Part shown: in pieces, positions 24,257 through 35,095 of the stretch
How positions within the stretch are numbered: position 1 is the stretch's first letter
Layout of the letters: the number at the start of each line of letters is the position of its first letter
From: Asterionella formosa
Taxonomy: Eukaryota
Assembly: GCA_002256025.1 (NCBI GenBank)
Contig: NKIB01000125.1
Coordinates: 1-35,109, forward strand
Direction of reading: 5' to 3'
Length of the DNA stretch: 35,109 nucleotides
Notes under the pieces: model-generated
What the model saw: only the letters and a program-made list of their open reading frames with translations
Told to the model about the DNA's origin: nothing
Databases searched by the model: none
Translations under genes and position numbers: made by a program

Positions 24257-24825
24257 AAGTCAGCAGTCAGTAAGTCGAAGTCAGCAGTCAGCAATTTCAT
24301 GTCAGAACTCAGCAAAAAAAGTCAGCAGTCCCCGATTTTTCAAATTTTCAGAGAATCAAGTCACCAGTCAGTAGTTGGCAAGTTGAAGTCAGCATTTTAT
24401 GATAGTACATAGTGGTAGCAATATGAAGAAGTAGATAATTATGATTTTTTTCAGGCATCAATGTCTATTTCACAGTTTTTTATCATGCATGGAGTAACAG
24501 CTACCTCTAAGTTTCTCCCAATAGTATGAACATAGAAGGCATCGCTTTTATCATCCCAACAATAAAAAGATGTGTTTCCATTGTTATTCAAATATGGAAA
24601 GTAAACACGATTCGTACACCGGTACCAGTAGTTGGTCTCTTCCTGTATACAAAGTAGGTTGCTTGACATCAGCATGTTGAAGTTATCAGTCAGCGACTGC
24701 ATGTCAGAAGCAGTCAGCAGCCAAATGAAGCCGGCATTCAGCGAATACTTCAAATTTTCAGCAAATCAAGTCAGCAGTTAGCAACAAGAAGTCCGCAGTC
24801 AGCAAGTTGAAGTTGGTAGTCAGCG
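24257..24825 (+). repeat. Two clusters of AGTCAGC(AG) direct repeats
   Basis: Dense aagtcagcagtcag-type units at about 24257-24395 and 24668-24825. Both clusters also contain tcaaattttcag...aatcaagtca. Confidence 0.7.
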
Positions 24826-25044
24826 ATTCTGCTGTGAAAGGTGGCAGCGCTTTTCCGTTTGAAACTTTATAATGGTTACAGGTAATATAAATAAATGGAA
24901 ATATTTTGAGATTTTTTCATCATTTCGGAATCGGTCAGTCGGTCAGACTTCCAATGAAGTAGGTTGAAACCGCTGCTTCGAATTTTTAGTATAAAATAGT
25001 GCGCAATTTGATGATTACTGGAGCTTCCTGTTAGAACCATGATA

Positions 25045-25770
25045 CCAGACAAAAACTGTAAGCCACCGCTATGACGACTTTTGAACTGTAAGCCACCGCT
25101 AAACGGAGCAAACGCACGGTTTGAACTTAGTTTGCAAGATACGTTAATTATTGTCAAGAAGGAGTTGTTCAGATTGATACAGCGAATAAATACTTCCGTA
25201 CTTGTATTTTTGCTTTGTGTAAGTTGTTATATACTTATTACGGCCCAAAGGTTGCTGTCAACGCGAAATTGCGAAAGATGGATATTTTCACGTTTACTCT
25301 ATTGAGCTGGCATCGCCATTTCTACATGCATGTGTACGGGCATATGAACAAGAATGATAATGTTCTTCCGATAGAATTAATTTAGTATAATTAATTAGGG
25401 GTACGAGGTCATCACGCTTTCGAATACCTACAGTATGCGTCAGAAGCATTTGGTGATGACGCAAGCGCTAAAAGCATATTGTATCGCGCCTAACAGGTGA
25501 AGTAATGCGAAAAGAATTTCTTTAGTATCAAGGGAGTAAAAATAATCACGGTTTTGGGGGAAAATATACTCATGTATGAATAGAAAAATATGCACTGTAG
25601 GCCACCGCTGTGCAACAAGAATCTTAATGACTTTGAAAAAATTAGATCTTCATGGGATCGTTTCAGATTTGTAAACTATCAGAAATTCGTGACAAAACGT
25701 GTTATTCTACGTATAATGGTTCAAAGCGGTAGAATAATTTCGATATAGGTTCAAAGCAGTTTTTAGGTGG
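25045..25770. mobile_element. Putative TA-flanked non-autonomous DNA transposon with CCA...TGG ends (726 bp)
   Basis: TA|CCAGACAAAAACTG at 25043-25058 and CAGTTTTTAGGTGG|TA at 25757-25772 (11/14 IR match). Duplicated subterminal motifs aactgtaagccaccgcta (25054, 25084) and ggttcaaagc (twice near the right end). The right end recurs at 9349. Confidence 0.5.
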
Positions 25771-25970
25771 TACCTGGTACCTGGAACGGAGTGCCAGATG
25801 AAGACGCAGTATGTTTATACCAGGCAGAAAGTGGTACCTGGTACAAGGTACCGGTAGCTACAATGCATCACATAACGACCTCAATCTAAGTACCGGTAAG
25901 GTATGAACCATCAGAATCCGTCATCCGTTTTACACTGTACAAAAGTTTTGAATGCAGCGAGTCATTAATA

Positions 25971-27674
25971 GAATATCTCCACTGCATCGACCAAATACCA
26001 AAGCCAATTGCAGTTGAAAATATCAACACACGTCACTTGGTCGAGAATTTTTTTATCAATAGTTGAATTTTTCATGCTTTTCCCACTGCATTGACCAAAT
26101 CCTAGAATAGTCAAATCTCGCGCCGAAACTTTTTGCGAATAGAAATAGCACTAGAATGTTATTACATGTGTATCGTTATATTAATAAACCCGATTACTAC
26201 CAATAAGAAAATGATGGGACGCACTGCGTGGTTTGTGGTACTAGCATACCAGCCAGGGTACTCATCCATATGTATCTGCCTGATGAAATGAGCAACAATA
26301 GCGACTCATCAGATGACGACCACTCCTACACTTCCGTACATAACGGTTATACATGTACAGGAAGAAAACGAGAAAAGGCAACCAAAGGAGGAGGCGGAGG
26401 ATAAAAGGAAATTGCTTGGCTAGTCTATACCTGTAGTTTTTTGAATATTAGTAGCATCACATTTCCTGCAAATTCCTTATTCTTACGCAGCTAGTACTAC
26501 GCCTATTTAAACTGCCCATCAAAACCTGATATTACTATACATTTGTATATTGGTATTCTAGAACAGAGAAACCCTTCCGTTTTTCCAATTAGCTAGAGTG
26601 ATAGCTTTCTAATCAATCATACTAGCATCGACATGTAATCTATATTATTTTTCTTCATTTGGAATCATCTATTACATCAAATCATCAGTGGTGGATGACA
26701 GCCAGGTGGGGCAGTGGAGTACTCGAAGCACTTGAATTATTGAGATGCAATTGGATCACACCTAATCCCTCCTTCACTTTGTTCCTTAAATGACATTGAC
26801 TTTATTGCCGTGAAGCCCTTCGTTAAATGGTCCAACTCTCTTGGATACTTTTTTTAATCCTTCAGCTGATTAATTGACCATCGAAACTGTAAACTGTTAC
26901 ACAATATACCCATGGCATCATAACTTCACATAATGCTGAGCAAACTTGAGCGTAATGTTGATCTGCAGGCAAGGGAAGGAGATATTAATACTAGCCAGGG
27001 ACATGCAGCAGTCTGCCAATGATGACACATCACGGTACACGAGGAACAATGCTGCCTTGACAAAACTCGCACATCGCTATCGATTGTCACTCTTGACAGC
27101 GCCAAAATAATCCAACTTTGATCTTGTCTGAAATCGACAATGAATCATCCTCGTTAGCTGCTGCTCCTACTGCTCCTGCTGCTGCTCCTACTCATGTAGC
27201 ATCCTGCATTGACGCCAATGGATGACGATATCATCTCATTGGGACCGTCAAAGACTTGAAGGACAACATTCAGCAAGATGTCATATTTTATGGATGAGAT
27301 AGTGTTATAGATGGCTGCCGGTATTATTCAAAGGTATTTGTACTTAGTTTCTTATTTTTCTTTATCAAGAGAGTAAAGTAAATGTGTATTGTAAGCCTTT
27401 GTGGATCAATTAAACAGTCGACGTTATGTTGCCGGCGCAAGCCATAATCTAGACCAATAGAAACACTTCCTTTGTTTGGCTACAGTCGGTGTCTAATCGA
27501 CCAAATACCTGATATTTGGTCAATAAGGGGGTCATTCTCAATCAAGACCAAAGCATATTTGGTCTTGGTCAATGCGGTGGCTGAAATATTTCTGCTTTTT
27601 CGACCAAGACAACACATCATGACATGTAATGACTCCCAACTGCTTGGTATTTGGTCGATGCAGTGGAGATTCTC
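25971..27674 (+). mobile_element. PIF/Harbinger-type non-autonomous DNA transposon (1704 bp) with decayed internal coding sequence
   Basis: TIRs GAATATCTCCACTGCATCGACCAAATACCAA and TTGGTATTTGGTCGATGCAGTGGAGATTCTC, flanked by ATA and TTA. GAGCATCTCCA-type ends with TAA/TTA TSD are characteristic of PIF/Harbinger. A second copy lies at 1409-1978. The interior has stop-riddled coding-like stretches (about 26270-26420 and 26910-27340). Confidence 0.8.
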
Positions 27675-27812
27675 TTAGGTTTTCCTGCACCTAAAATTCC
27701 AAGAACTGAAAAGGAAGGTTAACTTTGTCTGTAGCCTTGTACCAACATTTGTCTATGGGACGAGAAAATATTCTCAATCATTTCCTGAATTTTAGGTGTG
27801 GAATAACCCAAA
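27675..27812. repeat. Short inverted-repeat (MITE-like) element abutting the Harbinger end
   Basis: Perfect 12-bp core CACCTAAAATTC (27688-27699) and GAATTTTAGGTG (27787-27798) within imperfect arms of about 35 bp. A related CCTGAATTTTAGGT motif occurs at about 19301. Confidence 0.55.
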
Positions 27813-28255
27813 ATGTCCCTCAGGGGCAGTTAATTTAACCTAAAATTCCCCACCTTCTGAGACATGAATTTTTTTTGCCCCCAATTCAGCGTTCCAAATT
27901 TGGTACTGGTACTACTTCGGCTCCTGTGTACATTTTGTGTATTTGAATTCGCTTTTTGGTTTTGCCACCAGCCGACGATGTGTGTCATCATCATGATGGA
28001 GGATGCATTCTACATCGTAAGATATTTTTGAACTGGTAGGACAAAGTGAGTATTGCTCGACTGACATGAAGTACTTTGGAGCTTTGTTCAGTCTATGCTT
28101 GTTTAGTTGTTTGTCTACACGAGAACACTAGGTAGTTGCTAACTATACTCCACAGCAAAGATTTGTTGGATCGTTCTGTTGAAGCCAAACAACAAGGAGA
28201 GAAAACGGGGAACTAGTGGTGATTTATTGGAATATATACGCGGTAAAAAATAGTC

Positions 28256-28630
28256 ATGATTTCCGGAGAAATGTCGACACCACCAGCATGTATTGAAACG
28301 AACGATCAAAAACAATCTGCAACGACAGCACCCGAGACAACAACGGAAGAAGACAATGACGAAGTTATTTGCCCCCTTTTTATGGAGGGCCTCCCATCTG
28401 ATTTTACCACAAATTCTGGACTTGCCGCGATTGCTAGTCTTCTGGACGAAGAAACAGCAAAGCCAGAAAAGGATATCCCAACCCCAAAGAGTGGAGGCGG
28501 AAAGATCCGGAGCAAGTCAAACCGATTGTCGCGAAGAATGAGCCCTTTCTCGGTCGAGACCAAGAAAAAAGAAAAGGAGGTAACCTCGACTGCCGAGGCG
28601 CAATTGTTTATCAAAATGTGGAAGTTTTAG
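28256..28630 (+). CDS. Small hypothetical protein (124 aa)
   Basis: Coding-like composition in a gene-dense block, converging on LPA1. It contains CPLFMEGLPSDFTTNSGLAAIASLL (reminiscent of the Cns1/TTC4 N-terminal motif) and ends in AEAQLFIKMWKF. Confidence 0.65.
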   Translation: MISGEMSTPPACIETNDQKQSATTAPETTTEEDNDEVICPLFMEGLPSDFTTNSGLAAIASLLDEETAKPEKDIPTPKSGGGKIRSKSNRLSRRMSPFSVETKKKEKEVTSTAEAQLFIKMWKF

Positions 28631-28761
28631 TGCCAAGGATAGCCTGCTCAGTTAGTTTGAGATTAATCCTTGGATTTGGTCAAATGAACGTGAAATGGTT
28701 GCAAAGATTTCCTACAACAATTAAAATTTTGTATAATTAAAAAAAATAATGTAGCTAATTT

Positions 28762-29694
28762 TTAAATGTTCTTTACATCGAGACCAAAGGCGCGACGGTT
28801 TTCGACTTCGCCGACAAATTGGCCGAGAAAGACGCCTTTAGTTCTTTGTCCAACACGTCCATTTTTCTTCAACACAATTGCGATACCTTCTGCTTCCACA
28901 TCGACACCTTGCCTCCTCGCTTCGTCCGTTTCATCATCCACCACGGACTTCCAGTTGGGTCCAATAGGAAGGGCAACACATTCAGGAAGTGGCACATTCT
29001 CGTCGTACACTGGGGCAATGCCTTGAGGTAACACTACTGGCACAATGATAAGGTCGTTGGAGGTCAAGGCATCTTGCAGTCGAGTTGCCTCTTTTAGGAT
29101 TTCAGTAACCTTGTCCTTTCCCGCTGCAACAATCACAACTCTCTTTTCAATTCCTCGACCTCGTCTCAGCGACGAAAGATTTGTATTGAACATTGCTGAT
29201 GTCGCACTATCCGATTCCTCTGCCAGATTTTTGGAGGCCCGGATCATCAGTCTTGCCAAATCACCTCCCTTTTTCGCACGCTTCAGTCTAGATTCCTGTG
29301 CGTCCACATCTCGTTTAGCAAGCAGTCCAATCGCCACGATTCCTACCAAGTCGACAGCTGCATTCTTAATGCTCTCATCCATAAGATCGGCATTTATCCC
29401 AGATAAAGCTGCAGCAATACGAGTAGTGGAAACCAGGAGGGACATGAACGCACCCGAACCCAAACTGGCATAGAAGAAGAATCGAACCTTTCGAAAGGGC
29501 GATTCAGCTTCCTCTCTCAGTCTGATATCTTGACTGTACTCGTCCTCTGTCATGTGACGAGGAATCAAGGAGAACTTTGTCGTCATCGTTCTTAACACGA
29601 CTCTTCTTGTGGAAAAGGCGCGTACATGGTTACAAGAAAAGAGAGTGGCGATGACAAGTGCGAGAAAAAATATACTCAGCTTCACAAGCGCCAT
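28762..29694 (-). CDS. LPA1: Plastid-targeted LPA1-like / DUF3493 photosystem II assembly factor (310 aa)
   Basis: Signal peptide followed by VRA-FS (ASAFAP-type) and a transit-like segment. RLREEAESPFRKVRFFFY and two hydrophobic helices match DUF3493/LPA1. Later motifs RVVIVAAG, DLIIVPV and LKKNGRVGQRTKG. Confidence 0.78.
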   Translation of the reverse strand: MALVKLSIFFLALVIATLFSCNHVRAFSTRRVVLRTMTTKFSLIPRHMTEDEYSQDIRLREEAESPFRKVRFFFYASLGSGAFMSLLVSTTRIAAALSGINADLMDESIKNAAVDLVGIVAIGLLAKRDVDAQESRLKRAKKGGDLARLMIRASKNLAEESDSATSAMFNTNLSSLRRGRGIEKRVVIVAAGKDKVTEILKEATRLQDALTSNDLIIVPVVLPQGIAPVYDENVPLPECVALPIGPNWKSVVDDETDEARRQGVDVEAEGIAIVLKKNGRVGQRTKGVFLGQFVGEVENRRAFGLDVKNI

Positions 29695-31344
29695 GATGCG
29701 AATGAACTTCCTGGAAGAAATGAGATGACGGGCCCCCTAATTTTTGCTAGTAAATAATTCGAAGTTTTTTCAAGGAGTTAGATGAACGGCCTCCTTGCTT
29801 TGCTAGTAATTAATAGTCAGTGGCGGAGAACTGATTTTGGAGGGCATGGGCAACAACAGCTCACAGATTCAATGTCGTGGTACCAGGTAGCATCAGTTCT
29901 GACACGAAAAATGGAAAAACGGTGCATCATGTCATCACTACCAGGTACCAGGTAACCGGGGACTCCGGAGTATCAGTACATGATACTTTATACAAGTATA
30001 ACAGAGCAATCGTCGCATGTGCTTCCGGTTGTATAACGCGTATGATCTGGCGGTATATAAAGCGTATTGTAAAGTACTGTGAGCTTTTATCTGAATTCCA
30101 CATGCAAACATCATTTATTTACATGTGATTTCATGGTCAGCGACGTAATACCGGTACTCGAGCTCACGGTACTGACGTCAACATGTACGCAATTGACGTC
30201 ACCAACCTGCGTACAGGGTACGTGCGTACGATTCATACCATTTCTTGTTTATACAGTTGCTGTAAGAAACATGGTGCCGGTATACCTGTATGATCTGAAA
30301 ATCATTGCGCCGTCCTCCTGTCCTGTGCGTTGACAGTCTATTGATTCGTAGCAGAGGTCGGTGAAAGTATACTGCAGGGCAGTATACTGGAGTTTTGGAT
30401 ACTGATGCTGCTCCAGACGCAGTATCAGTATACCAGTATACTGTCATTCTATATTCCAAATACCATACTGTTCCAAAATTTCCCAATATACTGGTCTACC
30501 GGTAGCATGCCAGTATACTGCTATGTAGGAATCTACAGAAAATCCGGCATGTCATGTAGCGTTGGAGAGCGAAATTCCATTCAATGCTTGGGCTATAAAG
30601 CAACACCAAAATAGAAAAATTGGTATACAATAGAAATTATATTTGTCTTCATCTCCTCCTTGGCACTTCTGACAAACTGTTTGAGTTGGCTGTCATGAAG
30701 GTAATGAAAGAAGGTGAAGAGCTGAATGCTGAAGAAACAATAAAGTTGCAAAACTTAATGCATCATCACGCACATCCCAGACTTTCTACGACTAATCAGA
30801 GTTGATTGTTCAACCAAAAAGGGAGTACAAAATCAACCGTCAATGCAACCGGGTTGATTTTTTCTTTGTTGTACAATACTGTATTTTCTCGTGATCAAGT
30901 ACGGAAAAATACCGTGGAGGTAATTACCATCCGCAGTAGAACGATACTTGAGGCCTACAGAAAAATACAACTTGGGTTGATTTTTTCAAGTAAAACTGCA
31001 GTATAATATCACCGACCCATGGTACGTAGGTATTTACGACTCACGTAGGAGATGTTGCAGATGTGTCTACCGGCAGACTACCGGTACCTGTCAATCGGAG
31101 TACCCTGGTACCAGGCACTGCTGGTATCATGGCAGCACGAAGTATCACTGATACACCAATGCCTCCTGAAAAAAGTCAGCTTGCCGCTTTGTCTTCACCA
31201 ACTCCCTTCTGATCATCGTCAGCATCAGCACGCAAGGTGAACAATGATGGTGTCTTTTCCCTCCCTCCTTGAATTGGGGTTCTCATGACAAAACAGAAAG
31301 ACTCTTTTCAACCTAAATCAAAGCAGCAACCTTTTAATCGAACC

Positions 31345-32655
31345 ATGGCGGCCAAAGTCTTGGTCGTAGGATCTGGAGTAATAGGTACGGTCCTTTTTTG
31401 GTTTCACAAATAGTAACGTATCGACTTGCAGAATGCGAATGTTTTCTGAGGAAGCAAACTGAACTCAAATACCTCACGCATTCCTCCATGTGTTCATCTT
31501 CTCCCATATTCATCAGGTCTCCGAACGGCACTCGAACTCCTGAAAAAGAATGTTTCAGTTTTACTGAAATCCGATAGGTCCATCTGGAACCCAGCGACTT
31601 GTTCGTCTGGAGCGGGGGGTCTTTGGATGCCATTTCATTGCGACGATCCAAGGACCGATCGATGGGCCTTTGAAACCCTCGATGAACTATGGAAAGCTCA
31701 GGAGCAAGGCAACAGAAACATTGAACTGGTTCCTGCGGTGGCATTTAAGAGGCACCACAGTGGTCCTGAAGTCATGGACTACATCTCAGAGAATTATGAC
31801 ATGAAAGGCACCGGTGGGGAAAGCCCTTTGCCGGCTTGGACTACTGATCCTCGGTTGCAGTTTCAGCATTTGACAGTAGAAATGTTGTCTTGGCAGAACA
31901 CTGTATTTAAACTCCGCCTTCCTTCCCAGATGCAGCTCCTAGCCGCTGGATACAAGCACGCTTGGTTCTTCAAAACACCCATTATCGATTCGCCCAACAT
32001 GTTGACAGCCATGCTCAAGGAAATCGAAGGTCACCCCAATACTGTCCACGTCGACACTGAACATCAGTATCACTCCATGCATGAAATTGTGCAAGATGCC
32101 AAGTCCCTTGGATGTGACGCCGTTGTCAACTGTACGGGTCTAGGGGCAAAACACTTGTGCGATGACTCTCAACTTGTTGGCGCTAGGGGCATCCTTTTAG
32201 AATTTGATCGACGAACCTCACACCGTCTTTTCACGACGTGTATGGACCCAGATGGTAATGACGTGCTTTTGAAGAATGATGCAGTGATCATGGCGGAAGA
32301 TGCTCCATGGGGTACAAGTACTGAACCTTGTTATATGATTCCACGTGGGGACAAACTTGTAGTTGGGGGGACTTACTTGGAAGGCGACTTGCGAACCGAG
32401 GTCAGTGAATCAGAGCGGGCCACTCTCATGGCGAAAGCTAAAATCCTGGGAATTGATTCAGATGTGTCAGCTCCGGTTGGCGAGTGGACAGGTTTCAGAC
32501 CATTTCGTCCCACTACACGATGCGAAATCGACGAGCTCTACGGCATTAGTGAAGGAATTAAAGTTGTCCATTCGTATGGACACGGTGGTTCTGGTTGGAC
32601 TGTATTTGTGGGAGCTGCCCGAGAAGCTGCTAGTTTGCTTGGTTATAAATCATGA
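31345..32655 (+). CDS. DAO: FAD-dependent D-amino-acid/D-aspartate oxidase family protein, about 392 aa, 2 exons
   Basis: Exons 31345-31384 and 31517-32655. The intron 31385-31516 restores the Rossmann motif KVLVVGSGVIGLRTA. Further motifs SSGAGGLWMP, DAVVNCTGLGA, YMIPRG..VVGGT, GFRPFR and VVHSYGHGGSGWT. An in-frame upstream ATG lies at 31285. Confidence 0.85.
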
Positions 32656-32752
32656 GTTAACGCTGCGGTTATCTTCTTTTAGCCTTGTTATATGCCTGAA
32701 CTACATTTATATCTATAAGCCGATGTCAACAAAAGGATTAATAATGACTCGA

Positions 32753-35095
32753 CTATCGCCAGCCTCCCATGGGTTGGCCACCCATCATATTGTTGTTTCC
32801 AAATTGTTGATGACCCATGCTTTGGTTCATCATTCCTTGTTGATTCATTTGGCCCATTTGGGGGCTTGCACCCATTGGGCTCATCTGGGGGTTCATCCCC
32901 GCTTGCATATTCATCTGAGGATTCATTCCACCCATACCTTGTTGGTTCATACCCATTTGTGTGGAATTGCCCATGCCACTCTGCATGCTCATCCCCATTC
33001 CTTGTTGGTTGAGCATCATGCCACCTTGCATTTGCTGCTGAGCCATCATTTGTTGCGCCATCATCTGTTGCTGAACATACATCATCTGCTGAGGAGTCAT
33101 CTGACCCATTTGGGCTTGCTGCGGAATCGGCTGTTGCTGAGGAATTGGAGCCATCATTGAAATCATATCAGCCCCACCGGCGGTAACATTGGCACCTCCC
33201 ATGACTACCTGTCCATTAGAATGGTTGCTTTGAGGCGTGACCCCAAAATCCACGGGTTTGTTCAAACCATCAATTCCTCGAAAGCTCATGGCGGGATTCA
33301 TTGTCAGGGTTTGTAAGCCTTGTGCCTGGGCTTGCTGCTGGTATTGCAGATATTGTTGTGCTGCTGGTGTAGCAGCGATAGGTTGATGAAGCATGCTAGG
33401 AACTTCCTTCTTTGTATTCTTTGTAAGGCCATCGAGAGAAATCAGCTTGCTCAATGGGTCTGAGGACGATGACACGGCTTGCGAAGGAGCAGCTGCATTT
33501 TCAAAATCTCCAAAATCATCGTCCCCTCCGGCGGCAGGAGCTACTGTTGTAGGAATGATTTGTTGCATCCCACTCATCATTCCACTACCACTCATCGTGT
33601 TCATCATTCCTTGTTGAGAAACAGTGTTTCCAAATGCATTGAATGAGCTGCTTCCTGCCATCATTGAATTTATTGGTTGCTGGGTTTGGGTGGCAAAAGC
33701 ATCAAATTGCTGAAATGCAGGAGCAGCTGGCTGAGGCGCACTGTTAAAATTTCCAAAATCGTTAGGTCCCGGGGTAGATAAAGCAAATGGATCTACGACG
33801 GCAGATGGAGCGGGTGCAGACTGAAATGCATCAAAACCATGGTCAACAGCGTCTGCGGGAGCCGAAGCAGGTGTGTCAAACGAGAAAAGGTCGATTTCTG
33901 TCGAAACAATGAGTTGTCAGTTGGGCACTTTTGCAATCATAATAACTTGTCTGCTGAACATACCTGGAGCTGCAGGAGCAGGAACAATTTCAGGCTTTTT
34001 CTTCTTCTTCTTCTTCTTTGGTGGTACCTCAGGAAGAGCTGCAAACGTGGGAGTAGCAGTTGCACTACCACCACCGCCTCCACTACTTGATTGAACACCA
34101 GATTCATCTGAGTAACGGCCACTGAATTTGCCAGTGTCCGAGTCACCGTATCCGCCCCCTCGTCCTGATCCAAGTCCAGAGTCTCCATATCCCCCGCCTC
34201 CTCCACCACCAGACCAACCAGACGAATCGTTACCGTAACCTGCGTACTGCCCTCCACCACCACCGCTACTAGTCGCCCCGGCGCTTCCAAACTTTTCTCT
34301 CAATTTTTTCGCCTTTTGCCGCTCTTCTCTGATTCGCTCATCGTCACCCATAATCTCAGCAATTTGTTTAGACTTTTCCCTGACACCGTGTCCACGATCG
34401 ACGGTTCCTTCGTAATAGTTGAATTGATGCAACGCCTTGATGGTGTGCCCATGGTTGCGAGCGTCGTCGACGCATCGTTCCGATCCATTCTTAATCAGAT
34501 GTTCCAATAGTGACAGGCCCTTAAAGACAAGGCGCCATGCTGCAGGGCGTTGATTCTCCAATGCATCCCACATGAGTCTAGTCACTTGAGGGACTGATGT
34601 ACCAATTGAGGAATAAAGGATCAATATTAGCTTAGTTTAGAACTCTTGCAGCATCGATAGTAAATACCGACAGCAACGTTCACTTACACTTCTCAGGGTC
34701 GTAGGTATCACGAGCTATGTCATTCAGAACCGACGAAGAAGCCCCCCAATTCTTGTGGGAAAGAACTTCGTACACACGCGTTTCGACTTCATTCTTGGGC
34801 TTGACCTGGTTGAATCTAAGGTATGAGAAGGAAGGCACAGAGGGAATAAGTACAGGTAATGCATGGCATCAACTGACGCCGAGGGCACCATCACACGAGC
34901 CAATGCACCATGGCGAGGAAATAAACTCCGTAGCTTTCTACACAGCCAGTACAAACAGACTATTAATAGGGTCATTTTTTAATGCGCTTCCGATGTATGC
35001 TCGTTACTAGTCAACCGGGCTAAGATCATCCCTACTTACGCATCCTCGGCCGCATTACGAATGCTATCAATCGAAAGATCCTTGAGAAAATCCAT
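32753..35095 (-). CDS. CLINT1: ENTH-domain epsinR / clathrin interactor 1-like protein, about 652 aa, 4 exons
   Basis: Exons 35095-35040, 34815-34688, 34593-33964 and 33897-32753, all GT-AG and in frame. ENTH motifs NWGASSSVLNDIA, WRLVFKGLSLLEHLIKNGSE and DRGHGVREKSK. DLFSF, DPF, DFGNF and DFGDF adaptor/clathrin motifs and a Met/Gln/Gly-rich tail as in epsinR. Confidence 0.88.

Noticed and set aside
20809..27674. Possible Fanzor/TnpB or intact transposase within the transposon cluster
   Set aside because: I could not recognise RuvC, zinc-ribbon or DDE motifs in any frame examined, and all interiors are non-coding or decayed.
32363..33160. 265-aa His/Leu-rich plus-strand ORF
   Set aside because: Antisense shadow of the Met/Gln/Gly-rich epsinR tail (ATG reads CAT). 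It also overlaps DAO out of frame.
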